Assembly (NCBI GenBank): GCA_958009085.1
Contig: OY253678.1
Coordinates: 496,001 to 560,000, forward strand
Reading direction: 5' to 3'
Length of the DNA stretch: 64,000 nucleotides
Origin: Protoeuglena noctilucae
Lineage: Eukaryota
The position numbers and the translations under genes were made by a program. This document shows positions 13,101 to 25,646 of the stretch, piece after piece (the stretch's first letter is position 1; each line of letters begins with the position of its first letter). The notes under the pieces were generated by a model. That model saw nothing but the letters and a program-made list of their open reading frames with translations. It did not search any database and had not been told where the DNA came from.

Positions 13101-16100
13101 AGTACACTGTGGGCCCGACGCTCGACGGCCATCATCTCCCCGTTCGCACCGCACCATCTCAGCGGCTCGCTTAGCAGATGGCAGGATCGATGCTCTGACA
13201 CCTGTGCAGCTGATACGGGTTGCCCTCTGACGGGGTGGAGTAACCAACCCACGCCCCACTGCCACTGATCTAATGCACACAGAGCGGTGGCGTTGTGGTG
13301 TGGATCGGTTAGTCAACCCGTCAGAGGGCAACCCGTATCAGCAGCTGTACTGCCAAACCCAGATGCCCGTCGCATCCCGTCCCGCATCCTCACCGCGCTG
13401 CCTCCTGCTGCGCCGCCTTTGCGACCTTCTTGTCCTCATCCCGCCTCTGCATGGCCTCCTGGTAGTGGCTCTTGAGGTCCGGGAAGTCCTTCACCTGATA
13501 CTTGACCACCTGCACAGACGCTCAAGAGACAACACCCGATCTCACATGCACTCCCACCCGTGCGCAGCAGTTGCCACGGAGCTTCCCACGCTCCGCTCTT
13601 ATGTTACGCATCTAGAACAACATTCTGCTGCGCTCCTCGACGCCTGCAATTGCGATTTGCGGCCGCCTCTTGCCTGGGAGGGCTCCAGGCCCAGCAGCTC
13701 GGCCCCAGCGTGGCTCTCCTCCGCGGAAAGGGGCTCGCCGTCGCCCATCGTGGATCTCTGCATCTCCGACCGCTCCTCCTGCACCGAAACAACCGCACCG
13801 TTGGCCCTTTCTCGTCCCCGCTGCGCAACCCACGCGGACCATGCACTGCGACCCAGATCTGGCCGTCACCTGTGCGGCAGGCATGGCGGGGACCGTCGTC
13901 GCCGAGGGCTGCCCGGCCCTCTCCAGGTCCTTCTTGAGCAGCGGGCATATGTTGTGCGTCTGGTTGTTGAGCGTCACGTCTTTGGGAGCGTACCCCGCCA
14001 CGACATAGGCGTTGTAGCCAACGCCGAGGAGGATGGAGGCCAGGAGCACCGACATGTCGAAGCTGCGAGGGATCGGGGAGCGCGGATGTCGGCGCTGACG
14101 CGGAAACGGCGGCCATCGTCCCACAATGACAGTCAAGCGAGGGAGCGAAGAGCGGCACCGGTTCTGCCACAGGTGAGGCGCGAGGCGAGGATGCAAGAAG
14201 CGAGGCAGACCGCCTGCATGAGCGCCGCAGTGTGCTGACTCGCCATGCCCCTCTTACACCCCACCACCCCGCGCCTCACCAGTCGCCTGCCTGCCAGTTG
14301 ATCACGGTGAGGGGCGAAGGCAGGCACGACGGGAACTTGACGGGGTTCTCGAGTGGCTCGTACTTGATGAACTCGCTCACGAAGTGCGCCGCCGACTGGT
14401 ACTCGTAGAGCTTGTGGTAGGGCATTTCGGTGGGACGCAGCGTGGTGCACACAAGCTTCGGGACGCCCGCCTCGTTCTCGGGCATCAGGAAGAGCGGGCG
14501 GCGGTGCGGATAAAGCTCCCCGAACGTCCGCTGGAACTCCCGCGCGTACGCCAGCACCCGGGCCTCCTTGGGCGAGTTGACGGTGTAGGTCGCCGGGAGC
14601 GTGGACCGCAGCGTCGTGCGCGTGTGCTCCACGCGGCCGCGCTTGGGGTTCTCCTCCGCGGCGTCCGAGCCGATCTCCTTGTCCGGGAGGTCCTTGATCA
14701 TCACGTACTTGTAGCAGTCGTACCACAGCGAGTCTGCGGAGCAGAGAGCGACCCTCAGCGGTCACGCCCCCACTGCTGCAGCGAGTCAGCAGCCCATACC
14801 ATCGCACTCCACCAAACATACGGTGCCTGAAGCCCCGCCAGCGCCGCTCCCCAGCAGACACGAGAGCCTCGACACCCCCGGTCCCCACCACCCCTGCCAC
14901 AGGCAGGCTCACTCACCGCTTTCCGTGGGTTCCTCCTCCTCCCCCGCCCCGACCTGGAGCGAGTGGAGGTACCCGTTGGCGAAGACCGCGAACCGGTGCC
15001 GCTTGACCTCCAGGCAGGCGTCCATCTCGGTGTACTCCGGGGGGTTGCGCATGAGGAACTCCGTGGACATCTCCTCCGGGATCTGCAAGCGGTGCAGCTG
15101 CGCGCAAAGGCCGCCCATGTCGTCGAATCCGCCAAAGATGTACAGGTTCGCCTCGTGGGCCACCATCATGTGCTTGTGCCGCTGCGCCCCGGGCCGCCCC
15201 GTCGTCTCGATGTTGATCCAGTTGCCGGTCGTGGTGTCGTAGGCGTACAGGTCGTCCTGGACGAAGTTGCTGCGGCCGCCGTGGATGAAGATGTAGCGCC
15301 CGGAGACGGCGATGGCGGCGCTCTGGCGCGGAGGGGGACGTGGGCCAGCCGACCCCGGCTTGAACCACGTGAAGGTGTTGAGGTCCAGCATGTAGAGGTC
15401 GTTGTACGGCTTGGGAGAGCCCTTGCCGCCGAAGATGACCATGCAGTGCGTGTCCGGCATGTAGGCCGCGCTGGCGTTCTCGCGGATGCCCGGGGCGGGG
15501 CCCTCGGTCACCCTCTGCAGGGGCGACACATTGTGAGAGGTGAGCGAGGGACAACGAGGGGCCACGATGACGGCTGGCGGCTGGAAAGGCAAGCAGTACA
15601 GCTCTGTATATCAGCTGAACACTGAAGGTGGCACGCAGGCCATCACTTTGATGCCAGAGTTGTGGCTACCCTGGCCGTGCCACCATCAGACCCCGCCATC
15701 TGCCCTCGCTCGCCTTTTGCCACATGAAGGTCTCCAGGTCGATTGTCCACACGTCGTTGAGGCGCTTTCCCTTGGCGTCCCTGCCCCCGAACAGCACGAG
15801 CTGATTCCTGGCCTCGTCACAGATGATGCTGCGGACAGCACGGCACGGGACGCAAAGCTGAGGGAGTCCCTCGCGTCGCCGACATGTCTGCGCCATCCCA
15901 CAACTCATCTGGCGCCTATCGCAGAGCCTGCAAGAAGCACGGAGCCCGTGCGCCCGCACCTGTGCCCGTCGCGGGGTGGTGGTGCCTCCCCTTGCGTGAT
16001 GATCATGTTGAAGGACAGGGTCTCGAGGTTCAGCAAGTACAGGTTGTTGGTCTTGGACGCGCTCTTGATCTCCTGACCGCCCACCAGGGTGAGGTACCTG

Positions 16101-17440
16101 GGAGGGAAGCGGGCCAGAGCGTTGGTGGGTGTCAACTGCGCGACATGAGGCGCGGCCTTGCCAAGCGTGGTGTCTCCCCCGCCTCACTTCTTGTTGGCGA
16201 TGACCGCGGCGCCCTGCCTCACGAAGCACCGGTTGTCCTGTGCCCCGAAGGCGTTGTATGCCTCTGCCATGGCCGCCCGCTCCCGCCGGCTGACGTACCG
16301 CGTCTGGCGCACGCGCCGGCTCTCGTTGATCCGCAGCTTGTATTCCATGTACGGCCCCGACTCCTGCGATCACCGAAATTGATGTCCCGCTCACCCCGGG
16401 GACGGCCAAGCCAGACCAAGGGCCAAAGACATACAAATGGCGTGGCGGACCCACGACCATGCCCGCACCCCGCACGGCTACGCGCCCCAGCGCCTCACCT
16501 TGCCCACGGGCTTCATCCGCTCAATCTCCTCCTGCCTCTCCCGCTTCTCCTCCTTCTGCAGGAAAGCCATCATGCTGGCCAGGCCCTGGGGCCCGGACCC
16601 CGATGCCGCGTGGTAAGCTTCTGGCAGGTTGTTCTGGTCGATGGGGAAGTCCCGGAGTCCCGGGATGAAGCCCATGCTGGGAGGGATGCGCTGGAGGTTG
16701 TTGCGGCTGAGGTGGCAAGTCTGGAGGGACACGAGCGCGCCCATTGACTCCGGCAGGCGCACGAGCCGGTTGTTGGTCAGGTTCAGGGAGACCAGGGAGG
16801 TGAGCTCCCCGAAGTCCTCCGGCAGCGTCTCGAGGCCGCAGTCCTCGCAGTTGAGCCTCGTGAGGGCCGTGAGGTCGCAGATGCCGTTGGGCAGCGTCGT
16901 CAGCTCCTGGCCCTTCATGTCGGAGATGTCCAGGACCTTGAGGTGCCGCAGCGCAGAGATGGCCTCCGGGATGGACTTGAGGTTGTTTTTGCTCAGGTTG
17001 AGCTCCTGCAGCTTCGTCATCTGCAGCAGGACGTCCGGGAAGACCTCGATGCCGTTGTCGCGGAGGCTCAGGGAACGGAGCCGGGGCAGCTCGGCCAGCG
17101 ACGCTGGGATCGTGCTAAAGCCATTCTCCTCCAACTCAAGGCGATGCACGTTCGGGACCTCCGTCTTCAGGCGCAGCACGATGTGCTCCACCTTAATCAT
17201 GTTGCCCTTCTTCCTGCAAGGGCCCGCCGAGGCGGGGCCGGTCGCGATCAGATCAGGAGCGGACACGGCTGCGCACAGCGTGGGCGTCTCGAGCGCAGCG
17301 TGGAGCGGAGGGGGGGGCATGGCCAGCGCAGCCTGCACTCACTTCCAGGAGAAGGGCGGGAGGTTGCCCTGCGAGGGATCCCGTCGGCCCCCTGCCTTGG
17401 CATCCTTAATGGCATTCTCCAACGCAACTTCGAGCGACAT
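10176..17440 (-). CDS. DRC7: Dynein regulatory complex subunit 7 (CCDC135/FAP50) with N-terminal LRR and Kelch repeats
   Basis: LRR exon at about 17215-16500, Kelch exons at about 16365-14918, then PENEAGVPKLVCTTLRPT, GDCFDMSVLLASILLGVGYNAYVVAGYA, VHAWVLL, FIEPTTG, VEFVWNHQNFWV and C-terminal KLKRDPRL. The Kelch-DRC7 junction is phase-consistent. Confidence 0.9.
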
Positions 17441-18285
17441 GGCTTGTCACGGCGGTCGCCTGCCCCTGCCAGGGCGGCGGGCCAGGGTGTCCTGCGGCCG
17501 TGCGGAGGGGAGGGCGAGGTAAGGGACGCGACAAGCCCCGCGATACTTGAGGCAAAGTCAGGCACCACAGCATGGCGTCGGCGCGACCGTCTGGTGCACG
17601 CCCGCGGGCGAAAACGCACAGCAGCCAGCTCCGTGGGCAGCACTGAGCGCCCTCGTCCCTCCCGGGGTCTCAATTGATAGCAACTGAAAACCATACGTAA
17701 TGGAGCACAAGGCCACGATGTGGGAGTCGCGAGCGCGCCTTCCCGCGGGCGCGGAGTGCGGGACATCTGCCCACGCCCAGTTTCAGATCCCTCACCCCGC
17801 GAAGTCGTCCCCCGATGTCCTCGACGCTCCGCTGAAACAAAAGCGACTGTCTTCTTCACGCGGCGCGGGATGAACGGCTATCTCCCTCGTCTGCGGATCC
17901 ACAGGGGACGGCGGGCATGTCTGCATGCATACCGAGCGAGTGAATCCCGCGCGACTCCCCGACACGCGCGGGGGCAACCCAGCTGGACGATAGCATTCAT
18001 AAGTGCCACTTGACGCATCGGCCCCACCTCTGTTGCTCTGGAAAACCCGAAACCCAGGCCCACCCTTCGCACGACTGTCACACAGAGCGGGTGGTCATGC
18101 AAGACATGCGCTATGCGAGCAAAGCTGGCGTCGGGTGCACTCTCCAGGCAGCACCGTAGTCCACACAGACATTTCAGCGGCGTCACCGACACGAAAGTCG
18201 TCAGAACTCTGGACTCCTGGGCTGCCTCGCGCCGTTCCCGGCTCATCCCTGTGCACTGCTGCATAGGGGATAAGGTATTGTGGCA

Positions 18286-20129
18286 ATGTCGTTCGCGGAC
18301 GGTTACCGGCTGCCGGGGCGAGAGTCCCTCGCATGCACGTCCCCGACCAGCCCCTCCCGCGATGGGAGTGGCACTCGGACGGCCGACTGCCGACCGCATG
18401 AGGCCGGTGTTCACACAGCTGAGGGGTCGGATAGCATAGCGCGTGCCAGCTCGGCACTTTGTAGCTCGAGCTCAGCACCCACTTCGACGGGGCTCTCCCG
18501 GCAGCAGAGTCGCTCGCTGAAATCCGGCTCGAGCTTCCGGTACCACGCCTCAAACACGGGCGCGTGTCGGCGTCTCGAGGCCATCAAGGCGACGTTCGCG
18601 GTGCTTCTGAGCGATGAGTTTCGCTTACGGGCAGAACAAGGGGAGGGAGCTGAGGTGAGTTACGCCCTGCACGCGGCCGTCACGCCCCGAGCCGCATATT
18701 GCTTTGCCGATTGCCGATCGCCGATCGCGGTCGCCGCAGCACGCTTGCGATCGCTGCAGCGCATCGCACCCATCTCGCGACCAAGCACGTTTTCGACGCA
18801 GGTTGTGCAGGTGCTCAACGCCATGCCGGGCGAGCTCATGGTGAAAATGGTCCGCGAATGCGTGGCGGATGCGTGGCTGGTGGACGGGACCCTGGAGGAG
18901 CTGCAGGCGAGGCCGCGGCCATGCCTTTGGCCTGGATGCTCTCCTCGCAGCGGTCGTCACTCTGGCACCCATGCATGCGCATCGCAGGACCTGCTGGACA
19001 CGGAGGGAGTGCGGAGCGTGGACCTGCAGGGTTGCGAGGTGCGGGGCCGGCAGGGCAAGGTCCTGCACATGCGGCGCCCGGGCCTCACGCTTCGGGATGG
19101 CACGCTCGACCTGAGGGGCGGCGTCGTGCGGTGTTGGTTCCGGAGCGGGCGTGGGGGGGACGAGTGGGTGGGACTGCTGGTGCAGGGGGACGGCTGCAGG
19201 CTCGAGGGCGTGGCGGTGACCGGCGTGCGGGAGCCGGGGGTGGGCGTCGCGTTCCAGAACGCCCGGGGTTGCGTCGCGGAGGGGTGCCGGGTCGCAAGTA
19301 CGGCGGGCACGGGGATCTGGGTGGTGGGCGAGCGCAGCACGTTGGTGGCGACGGATTGCGAGGTGGTGGACAATGGCGGGCGTGGCGTCACCGTGTCTGA
19401 CGGAGCGACTGCGGTGAGACCGTGGGCGTCGAGCGTGGCTGCCAGGGCTTGTGGGCTCACGTTCATGCTACCACACTGGTTGCTGAGGATCGGCTGAGCT
19501 TGTGACACAAGCGGCAAGCCTTTCAGAGCAGCTGCGGGCTGTGTCCCTATCGGCCAGCCTGGCGCTTGGTGCCTGCAGGACCTCAGCCGTTGCTTGGTGC
19601 GTGCGAACAAGGCCATGGGGCTCGAGTGTGCGGGGTCGGGGAGCTCCCTGACGTCGACAGACACTCAAGTGGAGAAGAACCTCTCCTACGGGGCACTGGT
19701 CAGGGACGGCGGTGCGTGCGTCGTGCGGGATTCGCGAATGTGCGGCAACGGGCGTGACGGGGCGCTGTGCGTGGGGAGCGGCTCGACGCTGCGACTGGAG
19801 GTGCGAGCTCCACGGCTGTCGGCATGCTGAAGGAGCGAGTTGGGGTGCCGCTGGCTTCTCACGCTCTCCCATTGCGCTCGGGCGCTTGCAGGGCTGTGAA
19901 GTGTCTGGCAACGTCGGCAGTGGCGTCACAGCAGACGATGGTGGGGAGGTGTCTCTGGTGGGGTCGGGCAACCGACTGGAGGACAACGGCAACGACCCCT
20001 TCACGGTGCGCAGCCGCTGGGCTCTTAGACAGCCTAGCAGACGTGGCGTGAGGGGCGCTTCATAACTGCATCCGCCTGCGACTCCGTGCGCAGGCGATTG
20101 GCCAAGGGCACGTGCAGCAGGTCGAGTGA
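18286..20129 (+). CDS. Right-handed beta-helix repeat protein (start uncertain)
   Basis: Repeats such as CRLEGVAV, VAEGCRV..TGIWV, DCEVVDNGGRGVTV, DSRMCGNGRDG and GCEVSGNVGSGV across spliced exons. Confidence 0.75.
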
Positions 20130-20337
20130 CAGCACGATCTACATCCCCTCAATTGTGTTGCGGAGAACAGTGCGTTGGGCGCGGCAAATGGACAGTAGAG
20201 GCAAGGCATGGCCGGTGGAAATCCTCTTAGAACTCTGTAACCCTTCCCAAGGGAGGCAAGGCTTTCATGGACGCGACTGCTGCTCCTCGTCTCCCGGCTT
20301 GACCCGCCCGCCCCCGCCGTCGCCGCCGCGGCCCGCT

Positions 20338-22510
20338 TCAAGGCCCAAAGGCCCCGCCGGGGGTTCCTCCAAAAGCCCCGCCTCCGAATGCCCCTGCCCC
20401 CGCCGGCGTCCCTGCGAACCATGAGCAACCGTGACAAACAGGTCAGGGGCACCACCAGACTGCTCCCGCTCATGTAAGGCACACGGGTGCGTCACAGCCA
20501 GGGTGGCGAGGTGATATGGCGCCCAGCACCCGAGCGCATCACGCCTCACCCGCGGCCTCTTGTTGGCCCTGGCCCCCACCAGCTCCGTTTCCACCCTTTC
20601 GTCTGCGAATGGCCGCGGAATGGGGCATTCCCCACTGCCGGAGCGCGCGGGGGATGCCAGCTGTGCACACGGCAGCCGCTGCGCCTTGCGAATGGGATGC
20701 CAGCAACGCGCGAGGCAGCCGCTGCGCCTGTCACATGGGCTGTACCTTGCGTCGAAGTAGCTCCCGAAGATGCGGTCGCCGGCGCGAAAGAGGCCCCCCG
20801 AAATGCGTGCGTCGGGGTTCCCCTTGAACGCGCGGATCGCGGCGCCCATCACGTACGCACAGAAGAGCAGGTGGAGGCCCTGCAGCCATCAGAGACACAG
20901 AGCCGTCGCGGGGTGCGCGTGGGTTCACCAGAGCAACAGGTGAGGGTTGATGTGAGTGGGTGTGGGTGTGGGAGTGGATTATAATGGATGAGGGGACTAC
21001 CCCAATCATGTGGGGTGGGGATGTGTTCACAGCACGCAGATCGTGCCGCAGCTCCTACGGACGCTCGAAACGGCAATCCAGCCAGTCAGGCATAGGGCCA
21101 TGCAGCAAGTGACTCGCCCAGAGGATGATGTTGACGACAATAAAGACGATGGCCGTCAGGTTGCTGCCCGTGCGCACGAGGGTGAAAAACCCCGCCGCCA
21201 TCTTCCCGACGAGCGGAGGCGCCACGATGACCCACACGCACCACAGCATCTCCAGCGACTGCGGACACGCGCCACGGGAAACAGCATGGGCACAGAAGGG
21301 ACACAAATGGCCACAAACCATACGGACCATGCAGACTGGCTGCCACTTGTCGTGCTGTGGCGTGTGCATCATCAGAAGCACGCACCAGCAGCATGAAGAC
21401 GCGCATGTAGGGCATGAGGGCTCCGTCCGTCTTGGCGGCTCGGTAGAAGCCCCGGTACCACCCCATCCACGTGACCGGGATGGCCACGACCACCACGAGG
21501 AATGCGAAGAAGAAGTCCGCGATGGAGACCTTGGAGGCCTTGATCGACATCAGGACCGTGATGGCGAGCCAGTTCTGCGGCAGGGGGAGCGAGAGGGCGT
21601 GCGGGACGGGCGGGACGGGCGGGGCACCGGACTGGTCGCGCAATGCACGGGTGGCGGCCTCACGAAAACGAAGCAAGCGACGCCGCCCATCCAGTTGACG
21701 TAGCCCGCGCGCACGGCGGCCTGGTTGTGCACGGGGATGTCGTCGGAGATGGAGTGGTACGTGAAGGGCCGGCAGATGGGCCAGTTCTTGCGCTTAATGA
21801 CCACGCCGCCCTGCTCGAGGTCCCGCTCCCGACGCTGGAGGAACCGCTCCCTCCGCTCAAGCTCCGCCTCGCGCTGGCGGAGGGCGTTGTCGATGCGCTT
21901 CGCCTGCTCCGTCTGCGAGTGTTGCTGCTCGCTGCTGCTCGCGCTCCGCAGCCGGCCCCGCCCTGGCCTTGAAGTGGACATTTTGATACTTACTCAGCTC
22001 ACCTGCTCCATGGTAAGCTTGTCGATTGGATCCTCCGCGCGTGTCGCGGCTGGTCTCGGCTTCGCACCTGGGAGGTGACCCGGATCCGGCGCCTGCGAGC
22101 CCCCGGCGCGACCAGAGCCCCATCGCTGTGAGAACTGTAGGCGAATAAGGATCGTCGAAGCTGATAGCGAGAGAGCTTCCTGCAACTTGGCGCTAGAAAC
22201 GCTTTTGCCCCCCCACCTTCCCCGAACGTGCGCCCGTCGGAGGCTCCGTTACCGCAGCACGAGAGTTTCCCTCGCCACCTCCCCACGCGCCGCCCTGGTT
22301 GGCCCCCGCGGCGCCAGCGAACGGGTTGTCGTGGTTTTCGTGCAAATCAAGAACCTCTGCAAGCGCCGAGCATAAACAGTGCATGAAAGTCACTATTGAC
22401 GATGCAACGGCCAACGAACGCGTCCACAGAAGCCAGAAGCAGAGCCAACCTTCAAACCGCTCCCCCTCCGCCCCGCCCGACGGCCCCGCATGCCATTTGG
22501 GTGAGGACAT
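20338..22510 (-). CDS. SCAMP: Secretory carrier membrane protein (SCAMP)
   Basis: DNPF motif, coiled coil (EAELERRE), KNWP, YHSISDDIP, WYRGFYRAAKTD and four hydrophobic segments. Confidence 0.92.
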
Positions 22511-22775
22511 TGGATGGGACCGCCCGTATGGGCCGCCCGGGGCACCGGGTGAGCGACTAGGGCCGAACAGGAACCAGCAGCACCCCCACGTCGATGGCAG
22601 CGGGCCACCCAAGCCTCTGATGGTAGCTGAGCGAACGCTGTTGATGTATTGCTGACCATGGTCATCTAGTTCCCAGGCTTTTCCGCGGCGACGACGTGCG
22701 TCAGTCTTGCAGCGTCGCAAGCCGGCCAATCACATCTCTTTGAAAGCGAACTAAAACATCGCAACATCGCAGCAA

Positions 22776-25231
22776 TCACGCGTCCTTCTTGAGCGTCTCC
22801 ATCACTTTGCCGTACACGCGCTGGTTGTACGCCTCCTGCAGCCGCTCCACCAGCTCCATCTCCGTCGTGCCTCGGCCGCCCTGCGTCCACGGCTGCTCTG
22901 GTCATAGCACGTGCCCGGCCAGCGGCTGCTCGGAATCCATTCTATTCGATCCGCACCTTGATCTCCCCCTGGTGCAGCACGAGCAGCTTGCACCCGCGCC
23001 GGACCGCCAGCTCCTCCATCTGCAGCGGGTGCTCTGGCACGACGTCGGCCTTGCGCGCCTCCTTGAACTGCTCCCACTCCTGCACGGCCTCGATGAAGCT
23101 CTCGGCGTCGCGCTTGTCCTCGAAGCAGATGAGACGCCTGCGACGCCGGGCGGCGAGCGCAAGCGCGGTTTGGCATCCATAGCGGGCGACTTCCATGCGA
23201 GGCGGCCGCATACCGTGTGAACTGTTCCTGGCGCATTCCGAGGCGCGGCAGCCCCACCCACCCGGCGTACCTGTCGGGGTCAGCTTCCACCGACATGGAC
23301 AGGTCGACGATGAAGTAGCCCTTGCCCCCGTCGCCGTAGACAAACAGCGGGACGCAAAGGTAGCGCAGGGAACGGTACCAGGTGTCTTCCGTCGTCATCG
23401 CGTTCTTCACGTCCCCGGGCATGATCACCGTCAGCCCCGACCGCTCGTCGACCTCACCAGCCTCCTCGCGGGGCTTGGAGGCATCGCCGGGGGCCTGCAA
23501 ACCCACAAAACAATACAATTGCGGCCGCACCAAAGCAGTCGACGTGCTGGACCCGGCACCAGTTCATATTGCCGCTGTCAGCGGAAGCGAGGCTTGCCTT
23601 GGCACTCGACCCGTCCTTGGCGGCGGGCCCCGGGGCCTGGGCAGCGCCGTCGGCAGGGCTCGGGGCCGTGTGGGTCGCCGCGCTCTCCTTCGCGGCCGTC
23701 GGCGAGGCGCTCGAAGCCACGGGGCTCCCCGACGACTTCTTGGGCACCACCGTGCCCCACGGGTCCACCGGGGTCGCGCTGCGGCGGATGGGCTCTTTGA
23801 CCTCCTTGGTCCCCTGAGCGGGCTCCTGGGCCGGCGCCGGCGCCGGCGGCTTTGGCGACTTCGCGGGCGCGCCCTCGGCTGCCGCCACGGCGGCGCTCGC
23901 TGGCGCGCGGGTGGTGCTCGCATCCGCGTGGCCCTCGGCTCGCGGCTGAAGCTCCTCGTCGTCCTGTGGAAGCCTCAGCGGGACGCTGATGGACGGGGAA
24001 CCCTGCGCAGATGCACAGGCGAGGATGTTCCGAACTGCACCACAGCTGCAGCTGGACAAACCCTAACAGTCACGCATGCGCAACGCCTTCCTCAAAGGCG
24101 CCACCGAGCGGTCTGCCGCCTCCGGACGACCCAGCGACGCTCACCTGTCGGGGAATCGGCGACGGCGCACGGGGCAGCACCTGGGGTGCCTTCGCGGACG
24201 GGGCGGAGTTCCTGCCCTCGGCACGGCTTGGCTCAACCACCTTCTCGCGGGTCACGCTGCGGCTGTCCCGCTCGACCTCGGAGGCTGTCGGCACAGCCAC
24301 CGTCGATCCATTGGAGCTCTCGCGTGGAGACTCGGCCGGGGGTGCCTTTGCCAGGGACCCAGGGGCCGATCCTTGACTGCGGGTTCCGTTTGCCTCGGTC
24401 GCCTCGTCGCCACGCAGCCCACGGTCTGCGGAGCTCTCCGGGATCACGACTGTCGAGTCGTGGGACGGGCCTGGCTCGTCCTGGGCCTCCTGAGGCTTTG
24501 CTGATGCCAGGTCAGGTCGGCCCTCCTCTACACTCGACGCCGCTCCTGCGGCAGCAACGAACGGGACAGGGAATGGGGCGTCTCCGGTCTCGGCCGCGAA
24601 CGCAAGTCGGGTGACTTGTGAGCCCAGCCCGAGCCGCACCTTCCGCGGCCCCCGTCAACACCGCGCTCTCTCGCTTCTCGCGGAAAGCCGTCCCCGGCGG
24701 TGGGGTGACGACGATCGGGTCTGGAATCGCGAAGGCCACCGGGTCCCAGTTGGCTGAGGACGGGCGTCTGGGCCATTGAGGGCGACGTTCCCGCCTCGTG
24801 CGCCTGGGCGGCGGCGCCCTCGCCCCCGCCGGTGCGGTCCGCGGGCTNNNNNNNNNNNNNNNNNNNNNNNNNNNNNNNNNNNNNNNNNNNNNNNNNNNNN
24901 NNNNNNNNNNNNNNNNNNNNNNNNNNNNNNNNNNNNNNNNNNNNNNNNNNNNNNNNNNNNNNNNNNNNNNNNNNNNNNNNNNNNNNNNNNNNNNNNNNNN
25001 NNNNNNNNNNNNNNNNNNNNNNNNNNNNNNNNNNNNNNNNNNNNNNNAGCAACTCACCAACGACAGGTCCCAGAGCGTGTCGCCGGGCCGAACGACGATG
25101 ACGTCCGCCGGCGAGCGGCTGTCCCCTCTCACGGCGCCACAGGGAGCGTTCCCCGCCCGGCCGCGCCTGGGCAGGGCCGGGCCATGCCGAGGACGGCCGT
25201 AGCCCAGGGCGATCGGGCCCGTGAGAGACAT
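22776..25231 (-). CDS. Putative plastid protein: LysM start, low-complexity linker, C-terminal EMB1703-like domain (spans assembly gap)
   Basis: IVVRPGDTLWDLS is a LysM N-half just before the gap. The C-terminus reads WYRSLRYLCVPLF..GYFIVDL..LICFEDKRDAESF..LLVLHQGEIK. Confidence 0.65.
24848..25047. other. Assembly gap (200 N)
   Basis: Run of N characters. Confidence 1.
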
Positions 25232-25646
25232 GGGGGAGGCGCCGGGCAGGGATGGGCCGGCCACCGGAAAGATGCCTCGACGAAGAACCGAACGCGGTCG
25301 AGGGTTTCGCTAGAGGAACACGCGTCACGCGGCTCCCGGCGCCGAAACGGCTCAAGGCTCGCTGCTCGCGGGGGCCAGAAATGACGGCCGTCCCGACACC
25401 AGCGATCACAGTATATTCACGCCAGCGGTATCCTGCGGCGAGAAACCGGTTATGCGCGACACGCAGGCCGTCTGACCTTTGAAACGTCCCACTGACGGAC
25501 CAAGCGCCTTTCTTTTGCGCCCCCGTCAGTCTAGCTTGAGGTGTTTTGAGTCGTGGTGGCATCGTTGGCCAGCTAGCGAGACCGCGTCGACCGCAGGGCG
25601 AGAACTCATTCGCGGGAACCCTCCGCAGGCCATTTAGCTGCGTGAA

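Noticed and set aside
3722..20240. TGTAA poly(A) signal (3722, 7091, 20236)
   Set aside because: Present after only three plus-strand genes and not seen after minus-strand genes, so it is not supported as the general signal.
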